Shown one piece after another: positions 16,801 through 26,051 of a stretch of 64,000 nucleotides of DNA. The position numbers were made by a program, and so were the translations under genes. Under the pieces are notes generated by a model that saw nothing but the letters and a program-made list of their open reading frames with translations, made no database searches and was not told the origin of the DNA. Source of the DNA: an uncultured Gammaproteobacteria bacterium (GTDB taxonomy: Bacteria; Patescibacteriota; Patescibacteriia; UBA1558; 2-01-FULL-52-15); assembly GCA_964402565.1 (NCBI GenBank), contig CAYOCJ010000001.1:568823-632822 (forward strand). Reading direction: 5' to 3'. How positions within the stretch are numbered: position 1 is the stretch's first letter; each line of letters opens with the position of its first letter.

Positions 16801-18640
16801 CACCGGTTTGCTTGATAAGCGTAAGATCAGGCTGGAATGTCAGCCCAGTGATCGAATGGCCGGCAGATCCTGTATACGACCCCACTTTGAAATTTGTACC
16901 GGTCTTAAATGCAAACCAGTAATAGTTGCTCGCTGACGTATTTACATTTGCATCGGTACCAAGCGTAAATCCAGCGCTATCCAGAGATGTGATAGCTCCT
17001 GAAGCAATGTCAGCAGTGGCAGCAAAATGCATAGCGACAGTACCGCCAGTGGACGATGTCTTCCAGATTCCCCATGTCGCTCCAAAACTTCTGGTGACAA
17101 GCAGATCCGGTTGGAAAGGCACCCGCGTGACGCTGCGCGCAAGTCCATTCCCATAATACACACCAATGGCAAAATCAGCAGCGCCGGTATTGGTCTCGGG
17201 ATTGAATGCATTTCCGAATGCCTGCCACCGATAGACTTGCGCATTCGTGTTCACCGTCGCGTTCGTACCAAGGGTAAAACCATCAGAATCAAGTGACTTG
17301 ATCTGATTATACGTTGCAGCAGAATTTAATGATAAATTTATTGTAGTCGTCGCAAGTAAATTCATCCTATACACGGTGCCGGATCCGGCGTCACTTTTGA
17401 TAATAACCAGATCTGGCCTAAACCCAACTCCGGTAATGGCTTTATTGTCGCTTCCGTTGCCTGTATACGAACCTGTGGCCATTGTAAAGGTTCCAGACCC
17501 CGATGGGGTACTTGCCCCTCCAATGGCAATGTAGTTATACGCAATTAAATTTGTATTTGAGTTCGCTCCCGCGCCTACGCTAAATTGCGCAGAGCCAAGC
17601 GACGTAATATGAGTTGTCGCATTCGCAGTATTAGTAAAAAAGCTCGTACTATCGCCGAAGCTTTCCGTTTCGTTAAAAACAGCGGCATTCGCTCCTGCAG
17701 ATTTTGTCATAGCAAACACTGGATTCAAACCTGTGGTAGTGATGTTTTGAGATGTGCCATTCCCTGCATACGTACCTGCAGCGAATGCACCGGATACCGT
17801 CTTAAATGCAACATAGTAATACGTTACTGCATTGGTATTTACTGCTGCTGCATTCGCTACGGTAAAACTGGTTGAGTTCAGCGAGTAAAAATTCAAATGT
17901 CCTGTTTCATTCGCGGTCGCTGAAAAGAAAGCTGCTGTTCCGGAAGCATGACTTGATGATGTCCACACGCCCTGGCCGGCCGTGGTTGCCGACTTGACCA
18001 TCACGAAGGCCGGCTGAAAACCCGTGCTGATGGTCTGGCTTGCAGCGCCATTGCCTGTATACGAACCAACGCAGAATGTACCGCTGCTCGAGCAATCTGA
18101 ACCATCAAAGGCTATCCACTTATACCGGGTAATGACGGTGGTTGTCAGTGCATTGACCCCGGCATCAGTACCAAGGGTGAATCCTCCATTCGAAGCCGAG
18201 TCCAGTGATGTGATTGCGCTGCCGAAATCTGCTGTCGCCGTATCGAGTACATTAGAATTCGTGCTGGATATAGACGTTGATTTCCAGACAACGCCTTTGC
18301 CGGCGGCAGTGTCGGCCTTGATCATGACCAGGTCGGGTGCTGAGGAAAAACCTAATCCTGAAATCGATTTCGTTGCATTTGAACCTATATAGTACCCTGT
18401 TTGAACTGAGAATGTTGCAGCTTTCGCATGTTCAACTCCGGGAAAGAGATAGCCCGAGTAGCCAAAAAACGTCCACAGCAAATGGATGAAGATCGCTGTC
18501 ACATACAAGACCGTATGCTGTATCCTCCGCACATGGCGCGCATGCAGCAAATCCATTTTTTCACCAAGCGCATGCTTCCACGTCTTTTTTCGCGATACTG
18601 TCTTTATCTTCATCTTTCTTTTTGTCTTCTTTTTTTGCAT
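13877..18640 (-). CDS. Giant membrane-anchored surface protein with N-terminal ~90-aa repeats (GFTLGT modules) and C-terminal SbsA/Big-like Ig domains; putative pilus-associated adhesin
   Basis: 1587 aa. N-terminal basic stretch then one TM helix. At least six GFT(L/V)G(T/N) repeat modules. Three near-identical ~114-aa Ig-like repeats (TAPVFSSTLPASSTSINSISSSSDVSYTLSEAIASGTI...), then a further SbsA_Ig-like domain. The start codon choice is uncertain; several in-frame Met. Confidence 0.6.
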   Translation of the reverse strand: MQKKKTKRKMKIKTVSRKKTWKHALGEKMDLLHARHVRRIQHTVLYVTAIFIHLLWTFFGYSGYLFPGVEHAKAATFSVQTGYYIGSNATKSISGLGFSSAPDLVMIKADTAAGKGVVWKSTSISSTNSNVLDTATADFGSAITSLDSASNGGFTLGTDAGVNALTTTVITRYKWIAFDGSDCSSSGTFCVGSYTGNGAASQTISTGFQPAFVMVKSATTAGQGVWTSSSHASGTAAFFSATANETGHLNFYSLNSTSFTVANAAAVNTNAVTYYYVAFKTVSGAFAAGTYAGNGTSQNITTTGLNPVFAMTKSAGANAAVFNETESFGDSTSFFTNTANATTHITSLGSAQFSVGAGANSNTNLIAYNYIAIGGASTPSGSGTFTMATGSYTGNGSDNKAITGVGFRPDLVIIKSDAGSGTVYRMNLLATTTINLSLNSAATYNQIKSLDSDGFTLGTNATVNTNAQVYRWQAFGNAFNPETNTGAADFAIGVYYGNGLARSVTRVPFQPDLLVTRSFGATWGIWKTSSTGGTVAMHFAATADIASGAITSLDSAGFTLGTDANVNTSASNYYWFAFKTGTNFKVGSYTGSAGHSITGLTFQPDLTLIKQTGAVSGVHRSGSIATDNTQYFSGTSNAASRITTTTNDGFTVGNNTETDSSGVTYRYAAWHAKTYAQDGFRFFANAASTDVGSALASQDTNGSLTTNGQQFRLRELVHASSSPLYKNGQDFKLQYVDKGSGTCASPSGGTPSSYTDVTSSTLVAYNTANSPADGATLTSNASDPTHGSETIHKQTYEEANNFTDSVDTMLLNGNGMWDYALIDNGTPASTNYCFKVVKSGGTALDSYPHYPMITTVADKTAPVFSSTLPASSTSINSISSSSDVSYTLSEAIASGTITVTRTSGTSDGSSPHTCTLVGTALNSGAHNNFDMTNTTNGCSIAQTLVDGAVYTFAFNGTDAAANAATTVSATSVTYDTTAPAFSSVLPASSTSINSITSSSDVSYTLSEAITSGTIVFTRTGGTTDGTTHTCTLKGTALNSGAHNNLDLSDTTNGCTSAQSLVNGTIYTVNFDATDAAGNTATQVSRTSVTYDTTSPTISGVLPNSSSTIDSVTTSSDVSYTLSEAIASGTIVMTRTGGTAASNQTCTLTGAALNTGGHNNFNMSSGCTSAPTLVNGTIYTFAFDATDLAGNTATTVSKTSVTFDNRPTGTWGSAPSNSSGIIPVNITVNDPNGDLSKALIEYQSGSSCTGSWTKATLAGPDPEQLNGGPITASYYDTNGTVDLNNSNSYQIGTASTKKIKTASGANTLNFAWKSGTDAASANGGAYCLRLTVNDFSNDQATPATLLIPVVDNTAPTVNTLSPVDNSTGISATTNLVLTFSEAVTAQAGYFVYIKKTSDDSSVEAIDAGLSQVTGSGTNTITIDPSVTLAGNTEYYIQIDAYAFLDASSNAYAGIADTTSWSFTTQPGTVVLNYAGSGYLVSQSIDVSTYAAVVQRNALRITWSQNIPTGCALTLKVRGTNTGPTADYSTSTPWASATAYSGSGSSVSQDLSGDSTLQGKRFFQYRADLTNCASNLDTPTLYDVQIDFE
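15040..16080 (-). repeat. Three tandem near-identical ~340-nt coding repeats (Ig-like domains) inside the giant surface protein gene
   Basis: Visible DNA repetition, e.g. gtgacactggtc...gccattgaccaaggt / ...gccgttgactagcg / ...gccatcgaccagcg units, encoding TAPxFSSxLPxSS...VSxTSVTYD repeats. Boundaries approximate (+/-30 nt). Confidence 0.7.
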
Positions 18641-18642
18641 AG

Positions 18643-19263
18643 CTAGCCGGTTGTCGTGGCTAATTCAAGTCTGCCCGTCGTAGACGGAACATCAACACGA
18701 TACTGCGTTTCCCAGTTTGTCGATCCTTCGGTCCATGCAGACGTGCTCGTCGCGCCGCTCCACATGGTCTGAGACATGCGCACCGCATCATCATTCGTAA
18801 GATACGCTTCGAACTTATAATCGCTCTGTCCGGCAGCGCTAATAACAACGACGACCTTTTTCGTATATTTATCATTGACGCCGCTTCCGATGGCGCCCGT
18901 AGCCAAATCTCTCTGGACTGAACTGATATAGATAGACCTGGTCAAGCCGCTTCGAACCTCAGTTCCTGTACTGATCACCCAGTCGCCGCTTGCATTCTTA
19001 TCCAGGCGGACCGATGTCGCTGAGTCATACGAATCACCTCCGTCATTCGCTTCCAATGAGCCCCAATTTCTATCAGAGATGATCTCTAAAGCTTCCATAG
19101 CATCGTCAGCGAATCGGGCTTTTTTTTGTATATCTCCAGTCCCGGTGAATGCAGAATAACTGCCTGTTGCAAGGTAGGTAATGCCGGCGCCGAGGATCAA
19201 AAATACCCCGATTGCTATAGTCATTTCTATCAGTGAAAATCCTTTAGTACAAAGCGTAGCCAT
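18643..19263 (-). CDS. Type IV pilin / pseudopilin (prepilin-type N-terminal cleavage/methylation domain)
   Basis: 206 aa. N-terminus MATLCTKGFSLIEMTIAIGVFLILGAG is the canonical G|FSLIEM pilin motif. Confidence 0.75.
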   Translation of the reverse strand: MATLCTKGFSLIEMTIAIGVFLILGAGITYLATGSYSAFTGTGDIQKKARFADDAMEALEIISDRNWGSLEANDGGDSYDSATSVRLDKNASGDWVISTGTEVRSGLTRSIYISSVQRDLATGAIGSGVNDKYTKKVVVVISAAGQSDYKFEAYLTNDDAVRMSQTMWSGATSTSAWTEGSTNWETQYRVDVPSTTGRLELATTTG

Positions 19264-19288
19264 AGAGATAGTATATCACGCGCGCATC

Positions 19289-20551
19289 TTAATAATAATC
19301 TGCATAACCGGTGCTATCCATTTGTATGGTTGTCGTCGATACACCGTTCGCGACATAGATTTTTGAAGGTACAAACTCATTCGTGGTTGTTGTCCTGGAA
19401 AAAATGGAAAGACCTCGTATCTGCTGGGGTGTGAGCGGACGGTCATATACAAATACATCATCAAGATATGCCTGGGAATTCATGCGGTTTGTATTGTCTG
19501 AATTAAGGCCTATATAGCTTTCATTCATTGACTCCCCCGAGCAGGTAACGGTAGTCGCTGCTGCCTCATCACCATCAATATACAATTTTAATTTAGAACT
19601 AGATGCATCATACGTTGCGGCAATATGGTACCAGCTAGCTACCACAAGAGGATTCGAAGCAACCGCAGTATAGTAATCATGGCCATCGTAACATACTGCG
19701 GTCGGTTTATTTGATGCATCAATATAGATGCCTCCGGACTTGTAGTAAGCATCCGTAGTGGTCTGCGATCCGCCAATAAGCGCAGACTGTATATAGGAGC
19801 CGGTGGTTCCGACCTCCATTGCATAGGTAAAGCCGGTGCTTGCCTGATGGCCAAGAATGGTATTTGGAATATCGATCTGCTCGCCTGTTCCTGAATTTGC
19901 GACCGTTGTTTGCCGCGACCCTGAACCGCCATTAAAGCCGACTGAATATGCTGGCTGAAAATACAAAGTGCCCGATGCAGTATTATTATTCCCTGAAACA
20001 TCGAACAGATCTTGAAATGCGTACCATCCGAAATCCGGATAAAATCTGGTCATTGAATATGACTCCATCGAATAGCGCGCCACTGGGTTCGGCGGCAGAC
20101 CATAGGTGTTCATCAGATACCCTGAGTAACGCTCAAAATACGGGTCTATGCCTTCAAGATCGGTCAGGTAATTATTTGCCCGAAGGGTAACGCGTGTATC
20201 GTAGCTGCTGTCACGCGAGGCAAAATCAGTACCTTTGAAAAGCACGACGCAATCGACGGCGGTTGAAGACCCGCAATCGGTAGTGCCATTGTCCACGAGA
20301 TGTATGCCCCAATTTTCATGTTCTCGATTCGAAACTGCATACTGCCTGCCGGTCTCGAGCAAATGGACAATGTCCCGTGCATCATCAACGGTCTGGTCAG
20401 CCCCGGTCGCGAAACTATTGATGAATCGCGGCACAAAGGCTCTGAGCAAGAGCATGACAACGGCAAGAACAACGATCATCTCGAGCAAGGTAAAGCCCGC
20501 ATTTCCAGAGTGATTCTTATATGTTCGCATGCGCCTCCGCAACATAACCAA
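19289..20551 (-). CDS. Type IV pilin-like protein with a C-terminal LamG/concanavalin-A-like jelly-roll domain (minor pilin or adhesin)
   Basis: 420 aa. NAGFTLLEMIVVLAVVMLLL prepilin motif. C-terminal WYHIAATYDASSSKLKLYIDGDEAA...YLDDVFVYDRPLTPQQI is typical of LamG-like domains. Confidence 0.65.
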   Translation of the reverse strand: MVMLRRRMRTYKNHSGNAGFTLLEMIVVLAVVMLLLRAFVPRFINSFATGADQTVDDARDIVHLLETGRQYAVSNREHENWGIHLVDNGTTDCGSSTAVDCVVLFKGTDFASRDSSYDTRVTLRANNYLTDLEGIDPYFERYSGYLMNTYGLPPNPVARYSMESYSMTRFYPDFGWYAFQDLFDVSGNNNTASGTLYFQPAYSVGFNGGSGSRQTTVANSGTGEQIDIPNTILGHQASTGFTYAMEVGTTGSYIQSALIGGSQTTTDAYYKSGGIYIDASNKPTAVCYDGHDYYTAVASNPLVVASWYHIAATYDASSSKLKLYIDGDEAAATTVTCSGESMNESYIGLNSDNTNRMNSQAYLDDVFVYDRPLTPQQIRGLSIFSRTTTTNEFVPSKIYVANGVSTTTIQMDSTGYADYY

Positions 20552-20562
20552 AACAAGTTTTT

Positions 20563-21771
20563 TTATTGATGGATCCCTCCGATGATATTGCCGATCGGCA
20601 GGATGATGGACAGAGCCATAAAGGCAACCAAAAAACCAATGACCAGCAGGAGCACCGGCTCCAGAATGGTCGAGAGATTCTTCGAAAAAGAGTCAAGCTC
20701 ATCTTCATAGAACTCTGCCAGGTATTCGAAGGTTTCTGATAGATTTCCCGAAAGCTCTCCGACATTGATCATTTTCGTAACTAATGAGGGGAAAAAATGA
20801 GGGTACCGATGCAAGGTAACCGAGAGTGCTGTTCCCTTACGAACTTCCACCAGCATGGCTGCCACGCGATCCTGATACAGCGAATTGCTTAATGCGCGGG
20901 TCATGATGTCGAGCGACTCGTCGATGGTCAGTCCTCCCTGAAGCATCAATGCCATGGAACGGTTGAAGTTTGCCAGATTCGAGGTTTTACTGAATTGATG
21001 GCTAATCGGCAGATGATATACCAGCCAATGAATGTAGCGTTTGGTTTTCGGCAGTTTATTCGCGACGATCACAGCCACGATAGACCCGACAGCCGCAACG
21101 GTCACCAGGTACCAATACTTTTGCGAGAATGTCGCCACGACGATGAAAATTTTGGTCACCAATGGCAGAGCGACATTCAATGATTTGAACAATTGCAAAA
21201 ATTTCGGCAGGATGAAAATCGACAGCGTGATACCAAGGCCGCCTAATGCGATGATCACGATCGCCGGGTACATCATGGCCGACTGGATCTTGGAATGCAG
21301 GTCATGGTCCTTCTTCAGCTTGACGCTGAGGTTGATCAAATTCCTTTCCAAAGAACCGCTCTGCTCACCGATCTTCACCATGTTCACGAAAAATTCATTG
21401 AATGTGTACGGGAATAGGCGCAAGCCGTCAGAAAGCTCACTCCCTTTTCTCACGAGTTCAAGCAAACGCCGCAGGATCGATTTCATTCGTCCGCGCGACT
21501 GCTCATATAACGCTTCAATGCTCTCATCCAATACCATGCCTGACTTGATCATCAGGGATAAATGCTTGACGAAGAGCATCTTTTCTTTCAGCGGAACGAT
21601 GCCGAAGCCAGACAATGGCCGCTTGTGATATTTCTTGGAAACTGATTCCAGCGACTGCACGTCATAGCCCTGCTGCATCAATGAAAAATGCGCCTGCTTC
21701 AAATTTTCAGCATCGATATCCCCTTGGAAGATCTGCTTATTTTTATCGAGTACTCGATAATGGAATTGCAT
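20563..21771 (-). CDS. pilC: Type IV pilus / T2SS inner-membrane platform protein PilC/GspF
   Basis: 402 aa. Two T2SSF-type repeats with three TM helices. 1-nt gap to pilB downstream. Confidence 0.9.
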   Translation of the reverse strand: MQFHYRVLDKNKQIFQGDIDAENLKQAHFSLMQQGYDVQSLESVSKKYHKRPLSGFGIVPLKEKMLFVKHLSLMIKSGMVLDESIEALYEQSRGRMKSILRRLLELVRKGSELSDGLRLFPYTFNEFFVNMVKIGEQSGSLERNLINLSVKLKKDHDLHSKIQSAMMYPAIVIIALGGLGITLSIFILPKFLQLFKSLNVALPLVTKIFIVVATFSQKYWYLVTVAAVGSIVAVIVANKLPKTKRYIHWLVYHLPISHQFSKTSNLANFNRSMALMLQGGLTIDESLDIMTRALSNSLYQDRVAAMLVEVRKGTALSVTLHRYPHFFPSLVTKMINVGELSGNLSETFEYLAEFYEDELDSFSKNLSTILEPVLLLVIGFLVAFMALSIILPIGNIIGGIHQ

Positions 21772-21772
21772 A

Positions 21773-23446
21773 CTATCCTCGTACTACTCTTATTATTTCT
21801 TCAATGCTGGTCTTCCCGACCAGCACTTTCTCGAGTCCATCCTCTACCATGGTAATCATACCATGTTCGCGTGCAACCTGGCGGATCTGGTCAGCATTCG
21901 CTTTCGACACGATCAGTTCGCGAATCGCATCATCCATCGGCAATACCTCGAAAATACCGATACGACCCTGATACCCGGTTTGGCTGCAGAATGAGCACCC
22001 TTTGCCCTTATACGTACGAGCCTGGCCTTCATACACGTACTTAGAAATATCGACATCGGCACCAAAGAGCTTCGCTAATTCAGTCTCAGAAACGCTTTCA
22101 CTTGCAATGCATTTCGAGCAAATTTTGCGGACGAGGCGCTGGGCGATGATAATGTCGATGGTCGACGCGATCAGGAACGGCTCGACATGCATATCATAGA
22201 GTCGCGGCAACGTGGTCGCCGCATCGTTCGTATGCAAGGTCGAAAGCACCAAATGACCGGTCATAGCAGCATTGATCGCAATGGCAGCTGTTTCCTCATC
22301 GCGAATTTCACCGACCATGATGATGTCAGGATCTTGGCGGAGCAAGGAGCGAAGACCTGCAGCGAAGGTGAGGTTTGTTTTCGGATTGACCTGGATCTGA
22401 TTCATGCCATCCAGGTAGTATTCGACCGGATCCTCAATAGTAGAAATATTGACTTCTCTGCTATTCACGATGAGCAGCAACGCATACAAAGTCGTCGTTT
22501 TACCGCTGCCGGTAGGCCCGGTGGACAGTATCATGCCATGAGGCTTTGCAATGGCATCACGCACCAGCTGCAAACCATGCTGCGAAAGGCCTAATTCCTC
22601 GAGCGAGGTCAGGCGGGAGTCGGGCGCCAATAAACGCATGACCACTTTCTCGCCTTGCGTTGTCGGCAAAATCGAAACACGAATATCGATGTCTGCTTTA
22701 TCAATGGACATCATCATTTTGCCGTCCTGTGCTGAACGGTGTTCATCGGTTCTGAGCTTGCTCAAAATCTTGATACGCGTGATGATCAGGTCGTGAATAG
22801 CCATAGGCAAAGTGAGCACATCGTGGAGAATGCCGTCAATTCTGAAACGGATCAGCACATCTTCTTTGTGCGGTTCGATATGAATATCTGAAGCTTTATT
22901 TTGGAAGCCATATGCCACGAGCGTATCTACGATCTTGATAACCGACACATCCTCTGCCCGGGCGCCCCGCGCCTTGAGCGCATTGACCTTAATGATCTCC
23001 TCAAATTGCAATTTGATGCTTTTTCGGTACTGAACCAGAGCCTGCTCGATCAAAAGCTCAGGGCAATAGTACGGTATAACGTGTTCACCGGTCTTCTTTT
23101 CCATCATTTTGATGAACTCGTAATCCTCGGGGTCAGACATTGCCAGTTTCAAGCCTTCGGCATCACGGCGGAATGCAAGTACGAAGCGTTTGCGGGCGAC
23201 CACTTCGGGTATTTCAGTAAGCGTTTCCGGAACAATAGCTTCTTTTCGCAGGTCGATAAATTTGACCTTATAATAATTGGCAAGTAATTGGCCGATCTGG
23301 TCTGCTTTAACGACATTCCGTTCTATCAAAACATCGGTCAAACGTTTCTGTTCACGGTCAACGATACTTAATGCCTCAGAAAGCACTTCAGGGCTTGCGA
23401 GGTTCACTTTTTGTATGATCTGTACTATGGCTTCTTTAGATAGCAT
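21773..23446 (-). CDS. pilB: Type IV pilus assembly ATPase PilB/GspE family
   Basis: 557 aa. Walker A LSTGPTGSGKTTTLYALL, Asp/His boxes GEIRDEETAAIAINAAMTGHLVLSTLHTND, tetracysteine CSKC...CSFC, and an N-terminal T2SSE_N-like domain. Confidence 0.92.
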   Translation of the reverse strand: MLSKEAIVQIIQKVNLASPEVLSEALSIVDREQKRLTDVLIERNVVKADQIGQLLANYYKVKFIDLRKEAIVPETLTEIPEVVARKRFVLAFRRDAEGLKLAMSDPEDYEFIKMMEKKTGEHVIPYYCPELLIEQALVQYRKSIKLQFEEIIKVNALKARGARAEDVSVIKIVDTLVAYGFQNKASDIHIEPHKEDVLIRFRIDGILHDVLTLPMAIHDLIITRIKILSKLRTDEHRSAQDGKMMMSIDKADIDIRVSILPTTQGEKVVMRLLAPDSRLTSLEELGLSQHGLQLVRDAIAKPHGMILSTGPTGSGKTTTLYALLLIVNSREVNISTIEDPVEYYLDGMNQIQVNPKTNLTFAAGLRSLLRQDPDIIMVGEIRDEETAAIAINAAMTGHLVLSTLHTNDAATTLPRLYDMHVEPFLIASTIDIIIAQRLVRKICSKCIASESVSETELAKLFGADVDISKYVYEGQARTYKGKGCSFCSQTGYQGRIGIFEVLPMDDAIRELIVSKANADQIRQVAREHGMITMVEDGLEKVLVGKTSIEEIIRVVRG

Positions 23447-23458
23447 GGCATTGTTTCA

Positions 23459-24058
23459 TTAAAATTGCTGCGCTCCGCATTGAGGACAAAATTTAACGCC
23501 TTTATCAAGCTTGGTCCCGCACTCCGGACAAAAATTATGCGCTGAACTTTGCTTTGGCCGAGAAGGTGCTGCTGCAGCAGGCTGTTCAACTGGCTGTACA
23601 ACAGGCGCCTTTTCTACTGAAGGTGACTGAGTAGCCGCAGCAACAGGTGTTTTCACAACAGCTGGAGCTTTCGGCTTAACCTTGCTCATGTGCAGGTGAT
23701 AGTCGATGCGTTCAGCGATGATATCAAGCGTCGTATTATCTTTGACCAGGTACTCCACAGCACCAAGATCAAGCGCTCGCTTCTGGTCATCGCTCTGAGC
23801 TAAATTTGAAAGAATGATGACCGGTATAGAGCTGAGCTCATCTGATCGCTGAAGATCAGTAAGTACTTCGAAGCCGCTCTTCTTCGGCATGATAAGGTCC
23901 AGGATCACACAGTCCGGCTTCAAAGTCATGATCTTCTGAAGACCGTCTTCGCCGTCGACGGCCAATTCAACGTCAAAGCCCTTATCATGCAGCTCCGCTT
24001 GGTAGACTTTGCGGAGGAAGCTGTCATCATCAATGAAAAGAACGGTGCCTTTACTCAT
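23459..24058 (-). CDS. CheY-like response regulator receiver domain with a C-terminal zinc-ribbon
   Basis: 199 aa. LFIDDDSFLRKVY...KPDCVILDLIMPKKSGFEVL receiver motifs, and C-terminal CPECGTKLDKGVKFCPQCG. ATGA overlap with the upstream CheA-like gene. Confidence 0.8.
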   Translation of the reverse strand: MSKGTVLFIDDDSFLRKVYQAELHDKGFDVELAVDGEDGLQKIMTLKPDCVILDLIMPKKSGFEVLTDLQRSDELSSIPVIILSNLAQSDDQKRALDLGAVEYLVKDNTTLDIIAERIDYHLHMSKVKPKAPAVVKTPVAAATQSPSVEKAPVVQPVEQPAAAAPSRPKQSSAHNFCPECGTKLDKGVKFCPQCGAQQF

Positions 24059-25626
24059 ACGATATGTTCAAAAAGTACTCGATGATTCACGATCGTTACC
24101 GGTATACCCTCCTCAGATACTGCTGCGCTCGAAACAAGCTTGCTTTTTTGAACCACCGGCAGACTCTGTGCCAATAACTCCTGCTCCTGAACTCCTGACG
24201 GTAAAAAGAGAGCACATCGGCGTCCTTCATGAACCACAATAGCTACTGCAACCGCATGCAATGCTGAGGCGTCTGCCCCATCGACGAATGCGCCGATAGT
24301 GCGCACCGGGACCTTTGCATTTCGATAGCGATACTCCGTCGGAACTGCGCCATCGGAAGGTAATTGTATAATTTTTTCTACCGTAAATAAAGGCAATGCA
24401 AGATAGTAGGCGCCCCATTGCCAGGTCAATGCACGGAACAGCGTGGGAGCCAATGGAACAATCAATTCAAAGGTTGTGCCCTTATTCTTTCCCCGGTTCG
24501 CGCTTCGCATTTCCATCGTGCCATGCAAGCCTTCCAGCACGCTTCGTACAAAAGGAAGGCCGACCCCGCGACCTGAAACCAACGATGCCTGTTCCCGGGA
24601 GCTGACACCTGCGCCTATTAAGAACTGCATGCGAAGCTCAGGCTTCATTTTCATCAGTTTCTGCTTCGTAGTCCGGTTATTTCGCAAAACAGATCGTTCC
24701 AGAGCGTCCCAATCAATGCCATGTCCCGTATCGCTCACCATGACATGCATGGCGCCTGCCCGCAGGTCGAATGACAGCCGAATAACTCCGGTGTCTCCTT
24801 CGCGGAATCCATGGTCAACGGCATTTTTGATAAGCTGTACGCAGGCCTCCCGCAGTGCTTCCAGGACCTGCGATTCAAAACGCATGTCATGGTCTTTGAA
24901 TTCGAAGGTGATGAATTTCTTTTGCTGCCTTGAGAGATCACGCACGAGCCGTGATAAGAATGCGAAATATTGGCGTACCGGAATAAGTTTCATGTCGATG
25001 ATCGCTTTTCTCAGATCACTGGCATGCGTGGCGAGATTATAAAGGCCGACCTTGAGCGCACCGATATCGTTCGAATGTAGAACGCGCTGCAATTGCTGCT
25101 GGGAAATCACAATATCATTGACCAATGCATACGCATTTTCCAATTCTGCAGAACTAATGTCTACATACGAACTTAACGGTGCGTATATTGAGCTGGTGGT
25201 ATCGCTCGTTGTTTGCGCCTGAGGCGCCGCCTGATCTGCCGCGCGAGTTTTTTTCCCTGATGGCCGCAAAGTGAATGCAATAGCAGGCCCGAGGTCTATT
25301 TCACTATCTGACTCGCGGATGCTATCAAGGTTGCGCCGGAACGCATCAATCGCCATAAAGCATGCGTCAAGACTGTCGCTCCCCAGCGACCGATTCCCCT
25401 GACGAACTCCGATGAACAAATCCTCTACTTGGTGCAATGCATTTGCCAGCGCCTGGTAATTCATGGTCGCCGCATCACCTTTGAGCGCATGCAATTGCTG
25501 CAGAATCGCATCGATCCCTTTCTTGTCATGAGGATTTTTTTCAAGAAGTATCAGCACATCCTCAAGATGCTTCAATTTGAGCGCTGCCTCGGACAAAAAG
25601 AGCTGCTTGTACTGGCTTACGTGCAT
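24055..25626 (-). CDS. cheA: CheA-like chemosensory histidine kinase (Hpt, dimerisation, HATPase_c, CheW-like domains)
   Basis: 523 aa. Hpt QQLHALKGDAATMNYQALANALHQVED; kinase LIKNAVDHGFREGDTG, VSDTGHGID, SGRGVGLPFVRSVLEGLHGTMEM, GKNKGTTFELIVPLAP; C-terminal CheW-like region. Confidence 0.8.
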   Translation of the reverse strand: MHVSQYKQLFLSEAALKLKHLEDVLILLEKNPHDKKGIDAILQQLHALKGDAATMNYQALANALHQVEDLFIGVRQGNRSLGSDSLDACFMAIDAFRRNLDSIRESDSEIDLGPAIAFTLRPSGKKTRAADQAAPQAQTTSDTTSSIYAPLSSYVDISSAELENAYALVNDIVISQQQLQRVLHSNDIGALKVGLYNLATHASDLRKAIIDMKLIPVRQYFAFLSRLVRDLSRQQKKFITFEFKDHDMRFESQVLEALREACVQLIKNAVDHGFREGDTGVIRLSFDLRAGAMHVMVSDTGHGIDWDALERSVLRNNRTTKQKLMKMKPELRMQFLIGAGVSSREQASLVSGRGVGLPFVRSVLEGLHGTMEMRSANRGKNKGTTFELIVPLAPTLFRALTWQWGAYYLALPLFTVEKIIQLPSDGAVPTEYRYRNAKVPVRTIGAFVDGADASALHAVAVAIVVHEGRRCALFLPSGVQEQELLAQSLPVVQKSKLVSSAAVSEEGIPVTIVNHRVLFEHIV

Positions 25627-26051
25627 ATATAGGTAGTGATAAGTTTCGGAATGTCGATGATGGTGATCTTCCTTTTTTGATGGTCGGTATATCTGAGCGT
25701 ACAGGCGAGCAATGGTTTTTTAAAATCAGCCATGCGCGGATTTGCTATCAGCTGCCCGACTTTTTCAACTCGAATCGCATAGTACGCGCCTTCATGCCTG
25801 ACGATCACTGCCTGATTCGCATTTCGCGAAACTCCCAGATTCATGATAGGCGCACAGTCGACCACGGTCATCAATTGGCCGAGCATATAGCCCAAGCCAA
25901 GTACTGACCGAGATCGATTGCCGGGGATCGTCGTGATCTGCGCAAGCGCAGTGACGCCATCGACTTGATCGACCGGCAATGCATACCAGCGGTCTTGTAT
26001 CGTAAATGGAAGTAAGGTGGTGATTTTTTTTATGGTTGCCATTTTGATCAT
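25617..26051 (-). CDS. CheW-like coupling protein
   Basis: 144 aa. Single CheW-like domain (RWYALPVDQVDGVTALAQITTIPGNRSRSVLGLGYMLGQLMTVVDCAPIM...AVIVRHEGAYYAIRVEKVGQL). Overlaps the CheA start and the MCP stop. Confidence 0.6.
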   Translation of the reverse strand: MIKMATIKKITTLLPFTIQDRWYALPVDQVDGVTALAQITTIPGNRSRSVLGLGYMLGQLMTVVDCAPIMNLGVSRNANQAVIVRHEGAYYAIRVEKVGQLIANPRMADFKKPLLACTLRYTDHQKRKITIIDIPKLITTYICT

